A stretch of 56,618 nucleotides of DNA from a virus: IMG/VR virus record IMGVR_UViG_3300045391_004489. One strand, written 5' to 3'. The translations under genes were made by a program, and so were the position numbers. Positions 14,856 to 23,413 of this stretch are shown in pieces. The first letter of the stretch is position 1, and every line of letters begins with the position of its first letter. Below the pieces are notes generated by a model, which saw only the letters and a list, made by a program, of their open reading frames with translations, was not told the DNA's origin and ran no database searches.

Positions 14856-14899
14856 GCCTCAACGAGCTTTGTATGACGTGGCAAGTTGATGCCATCGAC

Positions 14900-14929
14900 T
14901 TGACAACGCAGCATGACGGGGGATATATT
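14900..14929 (+). promoter_or_regulatory. Promoter (TTGACA-N18-TATATT)
   Basis: acTTGACAacgcagcatgacgggggaTATATT; leader with SD gaaggga. Confidence 0.6.
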
Positions 14930-14962
14930 AGGGGTATCAACAAAACAACGAAGGGAAATCTG

Positions 14963-15208
14963 ATGAAGATCGAACTGACTGATGCGAAGTATCTGATCAT
15001 CCAGCTGAACAAGATCGAGAACGGCGAACCGATCATCCGCCGGCAGGGGGAAGATTATGCGGAAATGCAGAATCTCCCCCTCAATTACTGCACGGAATGC
15101 GATTCCCAGATTGATGATATCTGGAATGACGGGCATATCATGATTGGGGATTGGAAGAATCCCATCATTGCGATTTGCTGCGAGGGATATCACCCCCTTG
15201 AGAAATAG
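14963..15208 (+). CDS. Small Cys-rich protein (81 aa), AT-rich codon usage
   Basis: ATG 14963 after the SD; CTECDSQ...CCEGYH; noticeably lower GC than neighbours. Confidence 0.55.
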   Translation: MKIELTDAKYLIIQLNKIENGEPIIRRQGEDYAEMQNLPLNYCTECDSQIDDIWNDGHIMIGDWKNPIIAICCEGYHPLEK

Positions 15209-15230
15209 ATTAATCTGAGATAATCTGAAT

Positions 15231-15266
15231 GCATATATATCCCTTTGATAAAGGGGGTATATATGC
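15231..15266 (+). terminator. Near-perfect AT/GC hairpin
   Basis: gcatatatatcccttt-gat-aaagggggtatatatgc. Confidence 0.55.
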
Positions 15267-15307
15267 GTGTATATGGGGGAGTAATGAAGGATTAAAATAG
15301 TCTATCC

Positions 15308-15366
15308 ATGTATATCTATGTATATCTCAGAATGAACTGATTGATCCGATCATCTATGTATATCTC
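15308..15366. repeat. Direct repeats ATGTATATCT x3 (15-mer atctatgtatatctc x2)
   Basis: Copies at 15308, 15318 (tandem) and 15356. Confidence 0.9.
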
Positions 15367-15526
15367 GTTGTGTCTGGATGTGTCCGATTTGAACCCCCCC
15401 GGGTGGAATCTCCGGATCTTCGTGATTGTCCATCTTACAGACGGTGGTGAGCGGGGGCTGAGGATCTCCCCCGAAACTTTTAACACCGTTACCTCCTCCC
15501 ACCTTCTCGTGTCCACCACACAAGAA

Positions 15527-15556
15527 TTGACAGCACCCTTCCCCAGGTCATAAACT
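15527..15556 (+). promoter_or_regulatory. Promoter (TTGACA-N18-TAAACT)
   Basis: aaTTGACAgcacccttccccaggtcaTAAACT; ACTGTCAT is repeated twice downstream. Confidence 0.55.
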
Positions 15557-15603
15557 GTCATCGACGGACATCACTGTCATATCTCGCGTGAGGGGGTCCT
15601 ACC

Positions 15604-16971
15604 ATGGCTGGCGAAAACTCCCACCTGAGGTTCCCCAAGCGGTCGGGATACCTCTCCTCGGGTCACCCCAAGCCGGGCGACCCAGGCATCCGCAGCGAAC
15701 GAGGCGAGCGCAACGCCCGACGCCGTGAGGCGGGTCTCCGCATCGTAGCGACCGAGATGGAGAACTCCCCGATCGCCCAGGAGGAGCGGTCTCGACCCCG
15801 CGTAGGCCGTAAGTCCAACCGCACCTTCGACAACCGCGGCGGTCTCGCCCCCCTCTCCACACAGATCGACCCTGTGGGCCGCCAACTCCTCGACGAACTC
15901 GACCCCGAGGATCCTGCTTACCGCAGCAAGTATCGGGGCATCATCGCCGAACACACCCGGGTGTGGGAGGAGCTGGGCGCCACGCCGCTGATCATAGACT
16001 TCTCCAACGTGCAGGAGCCGATCGCCCCGCAGCGACTTCACCCCTCCCACAAGCTCAGCCAGCACCCCGAGCGGCCGCTTTACGTGTGGGCCTTCAAGAA
16101 CGCCCACGCTGCGTATCCGCAGAAGAGTGACGAGGGTCGACGACACCGAGAGGAGTGGTACTGGGAGCAGATGGACAAGGGCATGCTGCCGCCCACGTTC
16201 AATCCCTACGCCCCTGGATCGCCCAAACACCACGCCTTCGAGAACCGCCACGTGCTGGTGGACGACAGACCGACGTCCAAGACCTTCTCCGCGGTCACTC
16301 GTCGCGACACCGGCGAGCCCCAGGAGGTGCTCGACACTCCCCGGCAGCTCCGAGCCCGAGCTCGTCGCAAGCTGCAGGCCGGTGGCAAGCTCTCGGAGGA
16401 GGAGTTCGTCGCTCTGTGTGGAAAACCCATCGAAGAGTGGGACCTTGAGGAGCTCGCCAAGGGTCGTACCAAGGACATCAACGGCGAGTTCAAGGGTCGC
16501 GCTCCCTCCGCCTACATGGCCCGGGAGACCCAGGAGCGCATCGAGACGCTGTTCAAGCAGCGGGTGCGTGGTTCGATGAACGAGACGACGGTCAACGCTT
16601 TGTCGACGCTGTCCCAGGTGCTTGACAACGATGACGTGGACATGCGGGGCAAGCCGGTCGTGGCCGCCTCCACGAAGGTGGACGTGGCGAAATTCTTGGT
16701 CGAACACCTGCTGGGCAAGCCCAAGCAGACCGTGGAGAGTGATATCTCCGTCAAGCTGCAGGGTGTTCTTGCCTCCGTGATGGTGGCGCCGGAGCACGCC
16801 ATGCCGCCGGCGGGCTCCACGGACCCGGTCTCGCCCACGGGCCGTATGTTCGCCGGTCAGCGGGGCTACCGCCAGGACTACGAGGACAGCGAGCTGAAGG
16901 CTCTTGAGCGCGCCGGCATCATCGACGCGGTCGTGGTGGACGATGACGACCTAGAGGAGGGTGGAGAGTGA
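15604..16971 (+). CDS. Hypothetical protein (455 aa), basic N-terminus and acidic C-terminus
   Basis: ORF track; SD gaggggg; no motif recognised, and a small-terminase-like DNA-binding role is only a guess. Confidence 0.7.
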   Translation: MAGENSHLRFPKRSGYLSSGHPKPGDPGIRSERGERNARRREAGLRIVATEMENSPIAQEERSRPRVGRKSNRTFDNRGGLAPLSTQIDPVGRQLLDELDPEDPAYRSKYRGIIAEHTRVWEELGATPLIIDFSNVQEPIAPQRLHPSHKLSQHPERPLYVWAFKNAHAAYPQKSDEGRRHREEWYWEQMDKGMLPPTFNPYAPGSPKHHAFENRHVLVDDRPTSKTFSAVTRRDTGEPQEVLDTPRQLRARARRKLQAGGKLSEEEFVALCGKPIEEWDLEELAKGRTKDINGEFKGRAPSAYMARETQERIETLFKQRVRGSMNETTVNALSTLSQVLDNDDVDMRGKPVVAASTKVDVAKFLVEHLLGKPKQTVESDISVKLQGVLASVMVAPEHAMPPAGSTDPVSPTGRMFAGQRGYRQDYEDSELKALERAGIIDAVVVDDDDLEEGGE

Positions 16972-17222
16972 ATCTTCAGCAGTGGGTGTCCGCGGCCAGC
17001 GGCACCAAGATGGTGAATCTGTCCCAGGTCGAGGCCGTCGTGGTGACCGGCTCGGCCAACCCGTTCACGGTGTCCGCGGTGAGCGGGTCGAACACGTACG
17101 CCATCGACGGTCTGTCCTTCACGACCTCAGCGCTGGCCTTCGCCGCCATACAGAAGCTGCTGGGTCAGAGCAACTCGGCGACCGATCCGACCGTGACGAC
17201 CGGCAACACGCACGATGTCTGA
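16968..17222 (+). CDS. Hypothetical protein
   Basis: ORF track; GTGA coupling. Confidence 0.55.
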   Translation: MNLQQWVSAASGTKMVNLSQVEAVVVTGSANPFTVSAVSGSNTYAIDGLSFTTSALAFAAIQKLLGQSNSATDPTVTTGNTHDV

Positions 17223-17499
17223 CGCGTGGAGTAAGGCCAAGACGCCTGATGATGAGTGCGCCTTCTGTGGAACGCCGTACGTCAGTCACAAGGCGCAGGA
17301 GGCCTCTGGCGACATGTTCCACCAGTGGACTAACTCCTCGGGCGAGCTCCATGAGGTCCGTAAAACTCCTGCGCAGCCCTCCACACCGTCGCCGGCGGTC
17401 GTCATCGCGCCTGCGCCGGACATCGTGCTGCGAAAACTGCTGCGTGAGCTCGGTGTGATCACGCCTGAGCAGTATAAGGGCCTGTTTCAGGGTGACTAG
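17215..17499 (+). CDS. Hypothetical protein
   Basis: ORF track; coupled. Confidence 0.55.
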   Translation: MSDAWSKAKTPDDECAFCGTPYVSHKAQEASGDMFHQWTNSSGELHEVRKTPAQPSTPSPAVVIAPAPDIVLRKLLRELGVITPEQYKGLFQGD

Positions 17500-17896
17500 G
17501 CAGCTTCGCTGGCTGGAGTCGGCCAATCTCCCTCGCGCGGTGCTCGATGATATCGCCCGGCATATCGCCGGGGCGCTGCCTAGGGAGGCCGTGGGGCTTC
17601 TCTGGGAGGCCCCGGCACAGCCTGCTGGGTGGGTGCCGCTGCGAAACACTTCGTTCGAACCTGAGAGCTCCTACGCCGTGAATGTCGGCGAGCTGATGGA
17701 CGAATTCCAGCTAGCCACTGGTCGTGATATCATCAGCTCTATGAACGACGAGGGCTTCATGCTGACGCTGTGGCACAGTCATCCCAGCGGTCAGGTGGGT
17801 CCGAGTCGAGGCGACCTGAGGGAGAAGCACGACGGGCTGACGTACATGGTCATCGCTGTGGATGAGGACGGCGGTCTTCGGGCGACTCTCTTCTGA
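17492..17896 (+). CDS. JAB/MPN (JAMM) metallopeptidase-domain protein
   Basis: PREAVGLLW (Glu) plus WHSHPSGQVGPSRGD gives an intact E...HxH-x7-S-x2-D motif. Confidence 0.8.
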   Translation: MTRQLRWLESANLPRAVLDDIARHIAGALPREAVGLLWEAPAQPAGWVPLRNTSFEPESSYAVNVGELMDEFQLATGRDIISSMNDEGFMLTLWHSHPSGQVGPSRGDLREKHDGLTYMVIAVDEDGGLRATLF

Positions 17897-17915
17897 GGAG
17901 ACAGGATGAAGACAC

Positions 17916-18746
17916 GTGACAACCGAATCCCTCGATGTCCCCGATGCGGCGAGCTCGGAGGTCCTGAACGTTCCGATGCCGCCGCCCGAGCCGTCGAAGA
18001 CTTTCATCGTTCAACCGGACACTAGGTTCGTCTTGCCGCCGCTGGTGCTTGACAGCACCATGCACGTGGACCTCGTGCAGGCCCAGGGCGACGACACGGG
18101 CATAGCCAACGCGGCCCGAGTCTCGACGACGGGCAGCATGGGACCGCGGGAGACGTCCGACGAGGACATCGCCGGCCTGATAGACTACCTGATGAAGCAT
18201 CGGCACGGCTCTCCGTTCGAGCACAACACCTTCACGTTCTTCGTCGAGGCGCCGATCTTCGTCTTCCGTGAGTTCCATCGCCACCGTGTGGGGTGGAGCT
18301 ACAACGAGCAGAGCGGACGATACCGTGAGCTTCAGCCGCACTTCTGGATTCCGCCGATCAACAGGCGGATCAAGCAGACCGGCAAGGCCGCCCACTATCG
18401 TCTGGTTCCCGGCAGCGTCCGTCAGATCGAGGTCGCGACGGAGGCGATGGTCTACGGCTACAAGCACGCCTGGGAGGCGTACCAGGCGATGCTCCGTGAG
18501 GGGGTCGCTCGAGAGGTGGCTCGTTCGGTGCTGCCGGTGGGTATCTATAGTTCGATGTACGCCACCTGTAACGCGCGGTCGCTGATGCACTTCTTGAGTC
18601 TGCGGACCGACGACAACCGGGCGATCAACGCCAGCAAGCCCATGGCCGAGATCGAGCAGGTCGCTCGTGAGATAGAGCGACTGTTCCAGGGTCGAATGCC
18701 CCTGACCCACGCTGCGTTCAACAAGTGGGGGCGGGTAGCCCCCTAA
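17916..18746 (+). CDS. thyX: Flavin-dependent thymidylate synthase ThyX
   Basis: ThyX signature FHRHRVGWSYNEQSGRYRE (RHR...S..S.RY). Confidence 0.9.
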   Translation: MTTESLDVPDAASSEVLNVPMPPPEPSKTFIVQPDTRFVLPPLVLDSTMHVDLVQAQGDDTGIANAARVSTTGSMGPRETSDEDIAGLIDYLMKHRHGSPFEHNTFTFFVEAPIFVFREFHRHRVGWSYNEQSGRYRELQPHFWIPPINRRIKQTGKAAHYRLVPGSVRQIEVATEAMVYGYKHAWEAYQAMLREGVAREVARSVLPVGIYSSMYATCNARSLMHFLSLRTDDNRAINASKPMAEIEQVAREIERLFQGRMPLTHAAFNKWGRVAP

Positions 18747-18760
18747 CAGCAACACAAGCC

Positions 18761-18798
18761 GCCCGGCAGGTGAACCGCTCGATCGGACCCTGCCGGGC
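18761..18798 (+). terminator. 10-bp stem terminator followed by TTT
   Basis: gcccggcagg / cctgccgggc, then tttcgtg. Confidence 0.65.
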
Positions 18799-18819
18799 TT
18801 TCGTGTGGGAGGTGATCAC

Positions 18820-19209
18820 ATGACTCTCGCTAACGTCCAGAACAGCGACCAGCTGAACTTCAGTGTCGACGAGGGCGCCCAGCGGGTGCTGACTTTCACC
18901 TGCGAGAATCCCGACGGCACTCCTCAGAACTTCACTGGCATCGTGGTCGAGTTCTCCGCCCAGGCGACTGATGGCACACAGACGGTGAAGATTCTGAACA
19001 CTGACGTGAGCAACTCGATGGGCTCCGTCAACATTCCCACACCGACCAACGGTCAGATCACGCTGACGCTGTATCCTGAAGCGACAGAGGCGATGTTCGA
19101 CAACCGGGGCGGATACACTTACTGGGCGCTCTGGGCACAGCCGAACACTTCGTCGGCCTACACTCTGCTGAACGGTCAGATCACCCCCAACCGGGTGGCG
19201 CAGCCATGA
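18820..19209 (+). CDS. Virion-associated protein (Ig-like/BppU-N-like, tentative)
   Basis: ATG after SD gggaggtg; precedes the fibre-like gene. Confidence 0.55.
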   Translation: MTLANVQNSDQLNFSVDEGAQRVLTFTCENPDGTPQNFTGIVVEFSAQATDGTQTVKILNTDVSNSMGSVNIPTPTNGQITLTLYPEATEAMFDNRGGYTYWALWAQPNTSSAYTLLNGQITPNRVAQP

Positions 19210-20882
19210 CGATCATCGTACTAGACCAGATGCGCTCGGTCACCGTCACGGCGATCACGCCGACGACTCAGGTGACAGTGGCCCAGACCGGCATGCAAGG
19301 GCCACAGGGCAATCCGACGACGGTGAACGGCAAGACTGGGGCCTCCATCACCCTGACCGCCTCCGACGTCGGCGCGGTCGCCTCCTCCTCTGTGGGAGTG
19401 GCTAACGGAGTAGCCTCGTTGGACTCCTCGGGCGAGGTGCCATCGGGTCAGATAAACGTGACGTCGCTCGCCACGAACTTTGTCGATCTCTCCACAAGCC
19501 AGAGTATCGCCACCGGAGTGAAGACGTTTGGCGTCAGCCCGATCGTGCCGACACCGACAACCTCCACACAGGCTGCGAACAAGAGTTACGTCGACGGTCT
19601 GGTGGTCACCGCAGGCACTGGGCTGACTAAGGTCGGCACAGTCATCTCCCTGAGCACGCCGGTGAGTATCTTGAACGGCGGCACTGGCTCTGCGACACAG
19701 AACTTCGTCGACCTGACGACGAACCAGACTATCGCGGGTAACAAGACGCTGAGTGGATCGACCACCCTGGGCAACCAGACGACGATCAACTCCAGCAACG
19801 TCGCCGGCGCGCTGACCATCACTCAGCTGGCGGCTGCCACCAGCAACCCGGGCACGATCAGCGTCCAGGAGACCGGCAGCGGTAACAGCTCGCTGGGCCT
19901 CTACGTCGCCGGCGACACGGTCGCTCGGTACAGCCTGCACGCCTCAGGCACGATGAACTGGGGTCCCGGCGGGTCGACAGCGCAGGACCTCAACCTGTAT
20001 CGCTCCGCTGCTGCCACCCTGAAGACCGACAACAATTTCTCGGTCGGCGGCACTGTCGTGGTGACGGGCGCGAGCACCTTGAACGCGGCCGTCACGATCA
20101 ACACAGGCACCAACCCGGCACTGAAGGTCAATGGTTCGGTCACCGGCCAGCAGCTGGTCAGTACGGTGGGTTTCGACGCCACGACAGTAGGCTATGAGGC
20201 TGAGGTCAGCGGCGACTCTATCAACCGACTGGTCATCCGAGTCGACGGCAGCCACGAGTTTGGATCTGGTGCCGGCGCCAGGGACGCCTTCATGGGTCGT
20301 TCGGCCGCTCAGGCGATGTATATTTACCCCAACTTGGTCGTCGGCGGCCAGACCAGCCTCGGCGATAACGGTGTGGGGGAGCTTCAGCTCAAGAACGCCG
20401 GCACGGTGCCCTCCTCGAACCCCTCCGGGGGCGGTATTCTCTACGCCAAGCAGGGTGTTCCACAGTGGAGAGACCCTCAGGGTCAACTTCTGCAGATGGT
20501 GAAGAGCTACTTTGTCGCTCAGACTGCCGACGTGAACAACTTCACGACAGAGACTGATCTCACTGGCGCCACCCAGAACGTTGAAGTGACGGGCAGCAAC
20601 GCCACGGTGAACATAGAGGCGACCTTCGACTGCGCCCTGGGCGCTGGTGCTGGCACGATCAATGGCATCTTGACCTGGAATGGGGTCGACCAGGCGGCGA
20701 TGGCGACCTTCGTCGCCACAGCGGCGGGTCAGCGAGCAACCGTGACGCAGCAGTGGCAGATCACTGGGGTCACAGCTAGCACCTATGTCGCTAAACTGAG
20801 GGCTACCTGTACTACAGGTAACACCAGTAACGTAGTACGTCACCAGCACACCAACATGTCCATCACAGTGTTGGAGGCATGA
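19206..20882 (+). CDS. Tail fibre-like / minor tail protein
   Basis: GMQGPQGNP, repeated ...NFVDL(S/T)T(S/N)Q(S/T)IAG.K. units and AANKSYVDG, typical of fibre shafts. Confidence 0.7.
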   Translation: MTIIVLDQMRSVTVTAITPTTQVTVAQTGMQGPQGNPTTVNGKTGASITLTASDVGAVASSSVGVANGVASLDSSGEVPSGQINVTSLATNFVDLSTSQSIATGVKTFGVSPIVPTPTTSTQAANKSYVDGLVVTAGTGLTKVGTVISLSTPVSILNGGTGSATQNFVDLTTNQTIAGNKTLSGSTTLGNQTTINSSNVAGALTITQLAAATSNPGTISVQETGSGNSSLGLYVAGDTVARYSLHASGTMNWGPGGSTAQDLNLYRSAAATLKTDNNFSVGGTVVVTGASTLNAAVTINTGTNPALKVNGSVTGQQLVSTVGFDATTVGYEAEVSGDSINRLVIRVDGSHEFGSGAGARDAFMGRSAAQAMYIYPNLVVGGQTSLGDNGVGELQLKNAGTVPSSNPSGGGILYAKQGVPQWRDPQGQLLQMVKSYFVAQTADVNNFTTETDLTGATQNVEVTGSNATVNIEATFDCALGAGAGTINGILTWNGVDQAAMATFVATAAGQRATVTQQWQITGVTASTYVAKLRATCTTGNTSNVVRHQHTNMSITVLEA

Positions 20883-21112
20883 TGAGCAACACTTCGGACC
20901 AGAGTACCTGGCAGTTCGCGATGATCGGTCAACAGGGTCTGGCGGGCGGCACGTTCGGGGCTGGGGACGGCTGGACGGATGAGTTTGCGTTGGCCCTTTA
21001 CAACGCGCTGAACGTGCTTACCTGGCCTGCCAACACCAGCTTCTCTCTGGTCAAATACGAAGTCTCAACAACCACCTCCCAGATAACCGGCAACCCCGGT
21101 CAGCTCACTTAG
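20879..21112 (+). CDS. Hypothetical protein
   Basis: ORF track; ATGA coupling. Confidence 0.5.
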   Translation: MMSNTSDQSTWQFAMIGQQGLAGGTFGAGDGWTDEFALALYNALNVLTWPANTSFSLVKYEVSTTTSQITGNPGQLT

Positions 21113-21120
21113 GAGATCAC

Positions 21121-21456
21121 ATGACCGCCACGGCGATCGCGGTGACCAAGATCACCAACGCCGGTGTTGCCGGGGTGGCCCCGGTCGCCGGTGACTCAGT
21201 GAATGGCAACACAGTCAGCAACAACGGCCTCTCCACCTGGGTCGAGGTCACCAACGCCGACACGGCAGTCCACCACATCTCGTTCCAGCCGACCCGCACG
21301 GTCGCCGGCTTCGAGGTGACGCCGCCCCTGATCGCCATCCCGGCCTCGACCACGGTGCCGATCAAGTTCGGACCCTTCTCGGCCCAGGACTACGGTCCGC
21401 AGCTCGAGATCACGGTCGACTCCGCTCAGATCAAGATCTCTGCATACTCCTTCTAG
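21121..21456 (+). CDS. Hypothetical protein
   Basis: ORF track; SD ggag. Confidence 0.55.
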   Translation: MTATAIAVTKITNAGVAGVAPVAGDSVNGNTVSNNGLSTWVEVTNADTAVHHISFQPTRTVAGFEVTPPLIAIPASTTVPIKFGPFSAQDYGPQLEITVDSAQIKISAYSF

Positions 21457-21459
21457 GAG

Positions 21460-21786
21460 GTGATCCCCATGGGCTATAAGTTCTTCGCCGACCAGCGCAT
21501 GGGCTCTGAGTACGGTGGGGTGCAGTACCAAGCTCGACAGGTGCAAAACACCGTCCAGCCGAAGGTCGCTGAAGCTCTGACGGGCAACGAGCGACTGAGA
21601 CTCGGCTACCTCACCGGCCAAGACGACAACTCCATGTCGCTTGAGGACCTTCGACAGTTCGTCGGTCTGCGTCACTCCGACGGTCGACCCTCCTGGTTCG
21701 TCACCGGTCAGCCCTACGGCCCGACCTACGGCGAGGCCTGGCAGGACGCGCAGCGGATCATCGACGCTACGCAGAACTGGATGTGA
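21460..21786 (+). CDS. Hypothetical protein
   Basis: ORF track. Confidence 0.55.
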   Translation: MIPMGYKFFADQRMGSEYGGVQYQARQVQNTVQPKVAEALTGNERLRLGYLTGQDDNSMSLEDLRQFVGLRHSDGRPSWFVTGQPYGPTYGEAWQDAQRIIDATQNWM

Positions 21787-21787
21787 C

Positions 21788-21991
21788 ATGGCCAAGCTCA
21801 CGACCAAGATGCGCAAGAATCTGCCGAACTCCGCGTTCGCCATCCCTGCCACTCGGGAGTATCCGATCATGGACAAGGCGCACGCAGTCGATGCCCTCGC
21901 TCGTGTGGAGGCCAATGGCACTCCGCAGCAGAAGGCTCAGGTGAGGGCAGCGGTCAAACGACGCTACCCGAACCTGCCCAGCTCCAAGTAA
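21788..21991 (+). CDS. Small conserved phage protein (67 aa)
   Basis: ATG 21788 in frame with ORF 21641..21991; MAKLTTKMRKNLPNSAFAIP... Confidence 0.55.
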   Translation: MAKLTTKMRKNLPNSAFAIPATREYPIMDKAHAVDALARVEANGTPQQKAQVRAAVKRRYPNLPSSK

Positions 21992-22000
21992 GGAGGGATC

Positions 22001-23413
22001 ATGAGCGACTATACGCCCGGTCCCGGCAAGGTCTTCCGCAAGGATCTCTGGTTCCAGAAAACCGGCTACGTCCCACACGGTGGGCAGCGACTCGTGCACT
22101 ACAATCCCGCTCGACACCGGGTGCTCTGCAACGGACGACGGTGGGGTAAGACCCTGGTTGGCGGCAAGGAGTGCGAGGCAGCCGCCTTCGTCAAGAACTT
22201 CCTCGGTCAGCCTCAGATCGGTTGGATCATCGGTCCTGAGTACACTGACTGCGAGAAGGAGTTTCGTGTCATCTTCGACACCTTCAAGAAACTCGGGATC
22301 GACCGGATCTCCGACCGATTCCTCAACAACACCGAGAACGGTAACATGCACATCAAGACCAAGTGGGGTTTTGATCTGCAGTGCCGCTCTGCTCGCCACC
22401 CTGAGTCCCTCGTCGGTGAGGGCCTTGACTTCGTACTCATCGTCGAGGCTGGCCGTCAACGCCGCAAGATGTGGGGTGACTACGTTCGACCCGCGCTCTC
22501 TGACAAGCGGGGTTGGAGCCTAGCCTCTGGGGTGCCTGAGGGTGCAGCGGAGGACTCGCTGCTCTACTCGCTGTACCAGCGAGGACAGGACCCCACCAAG
22601 AAATCGTGGTGGTCGATCCGGATGCCATCCTGGACCAACGTCACAGTCTTCCCGGGCGGCTACAACGACCCCGAGATCCAGGAGGCCAAGGACGACCTCA
22701 CGGACGACGAGTTCGACCGCCAGTACGGCGCGCAGTTCGTCGAACGTGTGGGGCGCGTTATGAAGGAGTGGGACTCCGACGTCCACATCAAGAAGGTGGA
22801 GTACAACCGTGCGCTGCCTCTGTATGCCGCGGTCGACTTCGGCTACGTGAACGACTGGGTCTGGCTGCTGATACAGATAGATCACTGGGGCAAGATCTCG
22901 GTGATCTACGAGCAGCGGTGGCAGATGCACGACACCGAGGAGATTGCCAAAGAGCTGCTGCAGAATCCGCTCACGCGACACGTCAACATGATCTACGTTG
23001 ACCCCGCGGCACCATCTGACGCATCGATCCTTCGACGGGTGCTCCAGAAGAACACGAACAACAACACCGGCGGCGAGATTCTTGACCGGGTGCGTATGAT
23101 CAGGTCGGCGCTGAAACGACGGCCCGAACATCTGCCTGACGACCACCCCGAGAAGCAGCCCAATCTCTTCGTCGACGAGAATTGCCAGCAACTTATCTGG
23201 GAGATGAAACAAGGTTATCGCTGGCCGGAGCACAAGGATCCGAAGTACGGCGAGGGCAAGAACCCCGGCGAACTTCCGCTCGACCGGGACAACCACGGCG
23301 TCGAGGCGCTGGGGCGATTCTTCAAGGGCCACGTACAGACAGTGTCCAAGGACCTGGCGCTGGGAGCATCGAGGCAAGCCAGAACGACCAAGACTGTGGG
23401 AGGTAGACGATGA
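22001..23413 (+). CDS. Terminase large subunit
   Basis: Walker A NGRRWGKT, Walker B DFVLIVEAG, C-terminal nuclease-like half; lies directly upstream of the portal gene. Confidence 0.92.
   Translation: MSDYTPGPGKVFRKDLWFQKTGYVPHGGQRLVHYNPARHRVLCNGRRWGKTLVGGKECEAAAFVKNFLGQPQIGWIIGPEYTDCEKEFRVIFDTFKKLGIDRISDRFLNNTENGNMHIKTKWGFDLQCRSARHPESLVGEGLDFVLIVEAGRQRRKMWGDYVRPALSDKRGWSLASGVPEGAAEDSLLYSLYQRGQDPTKKSWWSIRMPSWTNVTVFPGGYNDPEIQEAKDDLTDDEFDRQYGAQFVERVGRVMKEWDSDVHIKKVEYNRALPLYAAVDFGYVNDWVWLLIQIDHWGKISVIYEQRWQMHDTEEIAKELLQNPLTRHVNMIYVDPAAPSDASILRRVLQKNTNNNTGGEILDRVRMIRSALKRRPEHLPDDHPEKQPNLFVDENCQQLIWEMKQGYRWPEHKDPKYGEGKNPGELPLDRDNHGVEALGRFFKGHVQTVSKDLALGASRQARTTKTVGGRR

Noticed and set aside
15604-16971. 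Calling the 455-aa protein a small terminase
   Set aside because: Only its basic N-terminus and the absence of a TerS gene next to TerL suggest this. No motif was recognised, and the gene lies 5 kb from TerL in a different operon. It is left as hypothetical.
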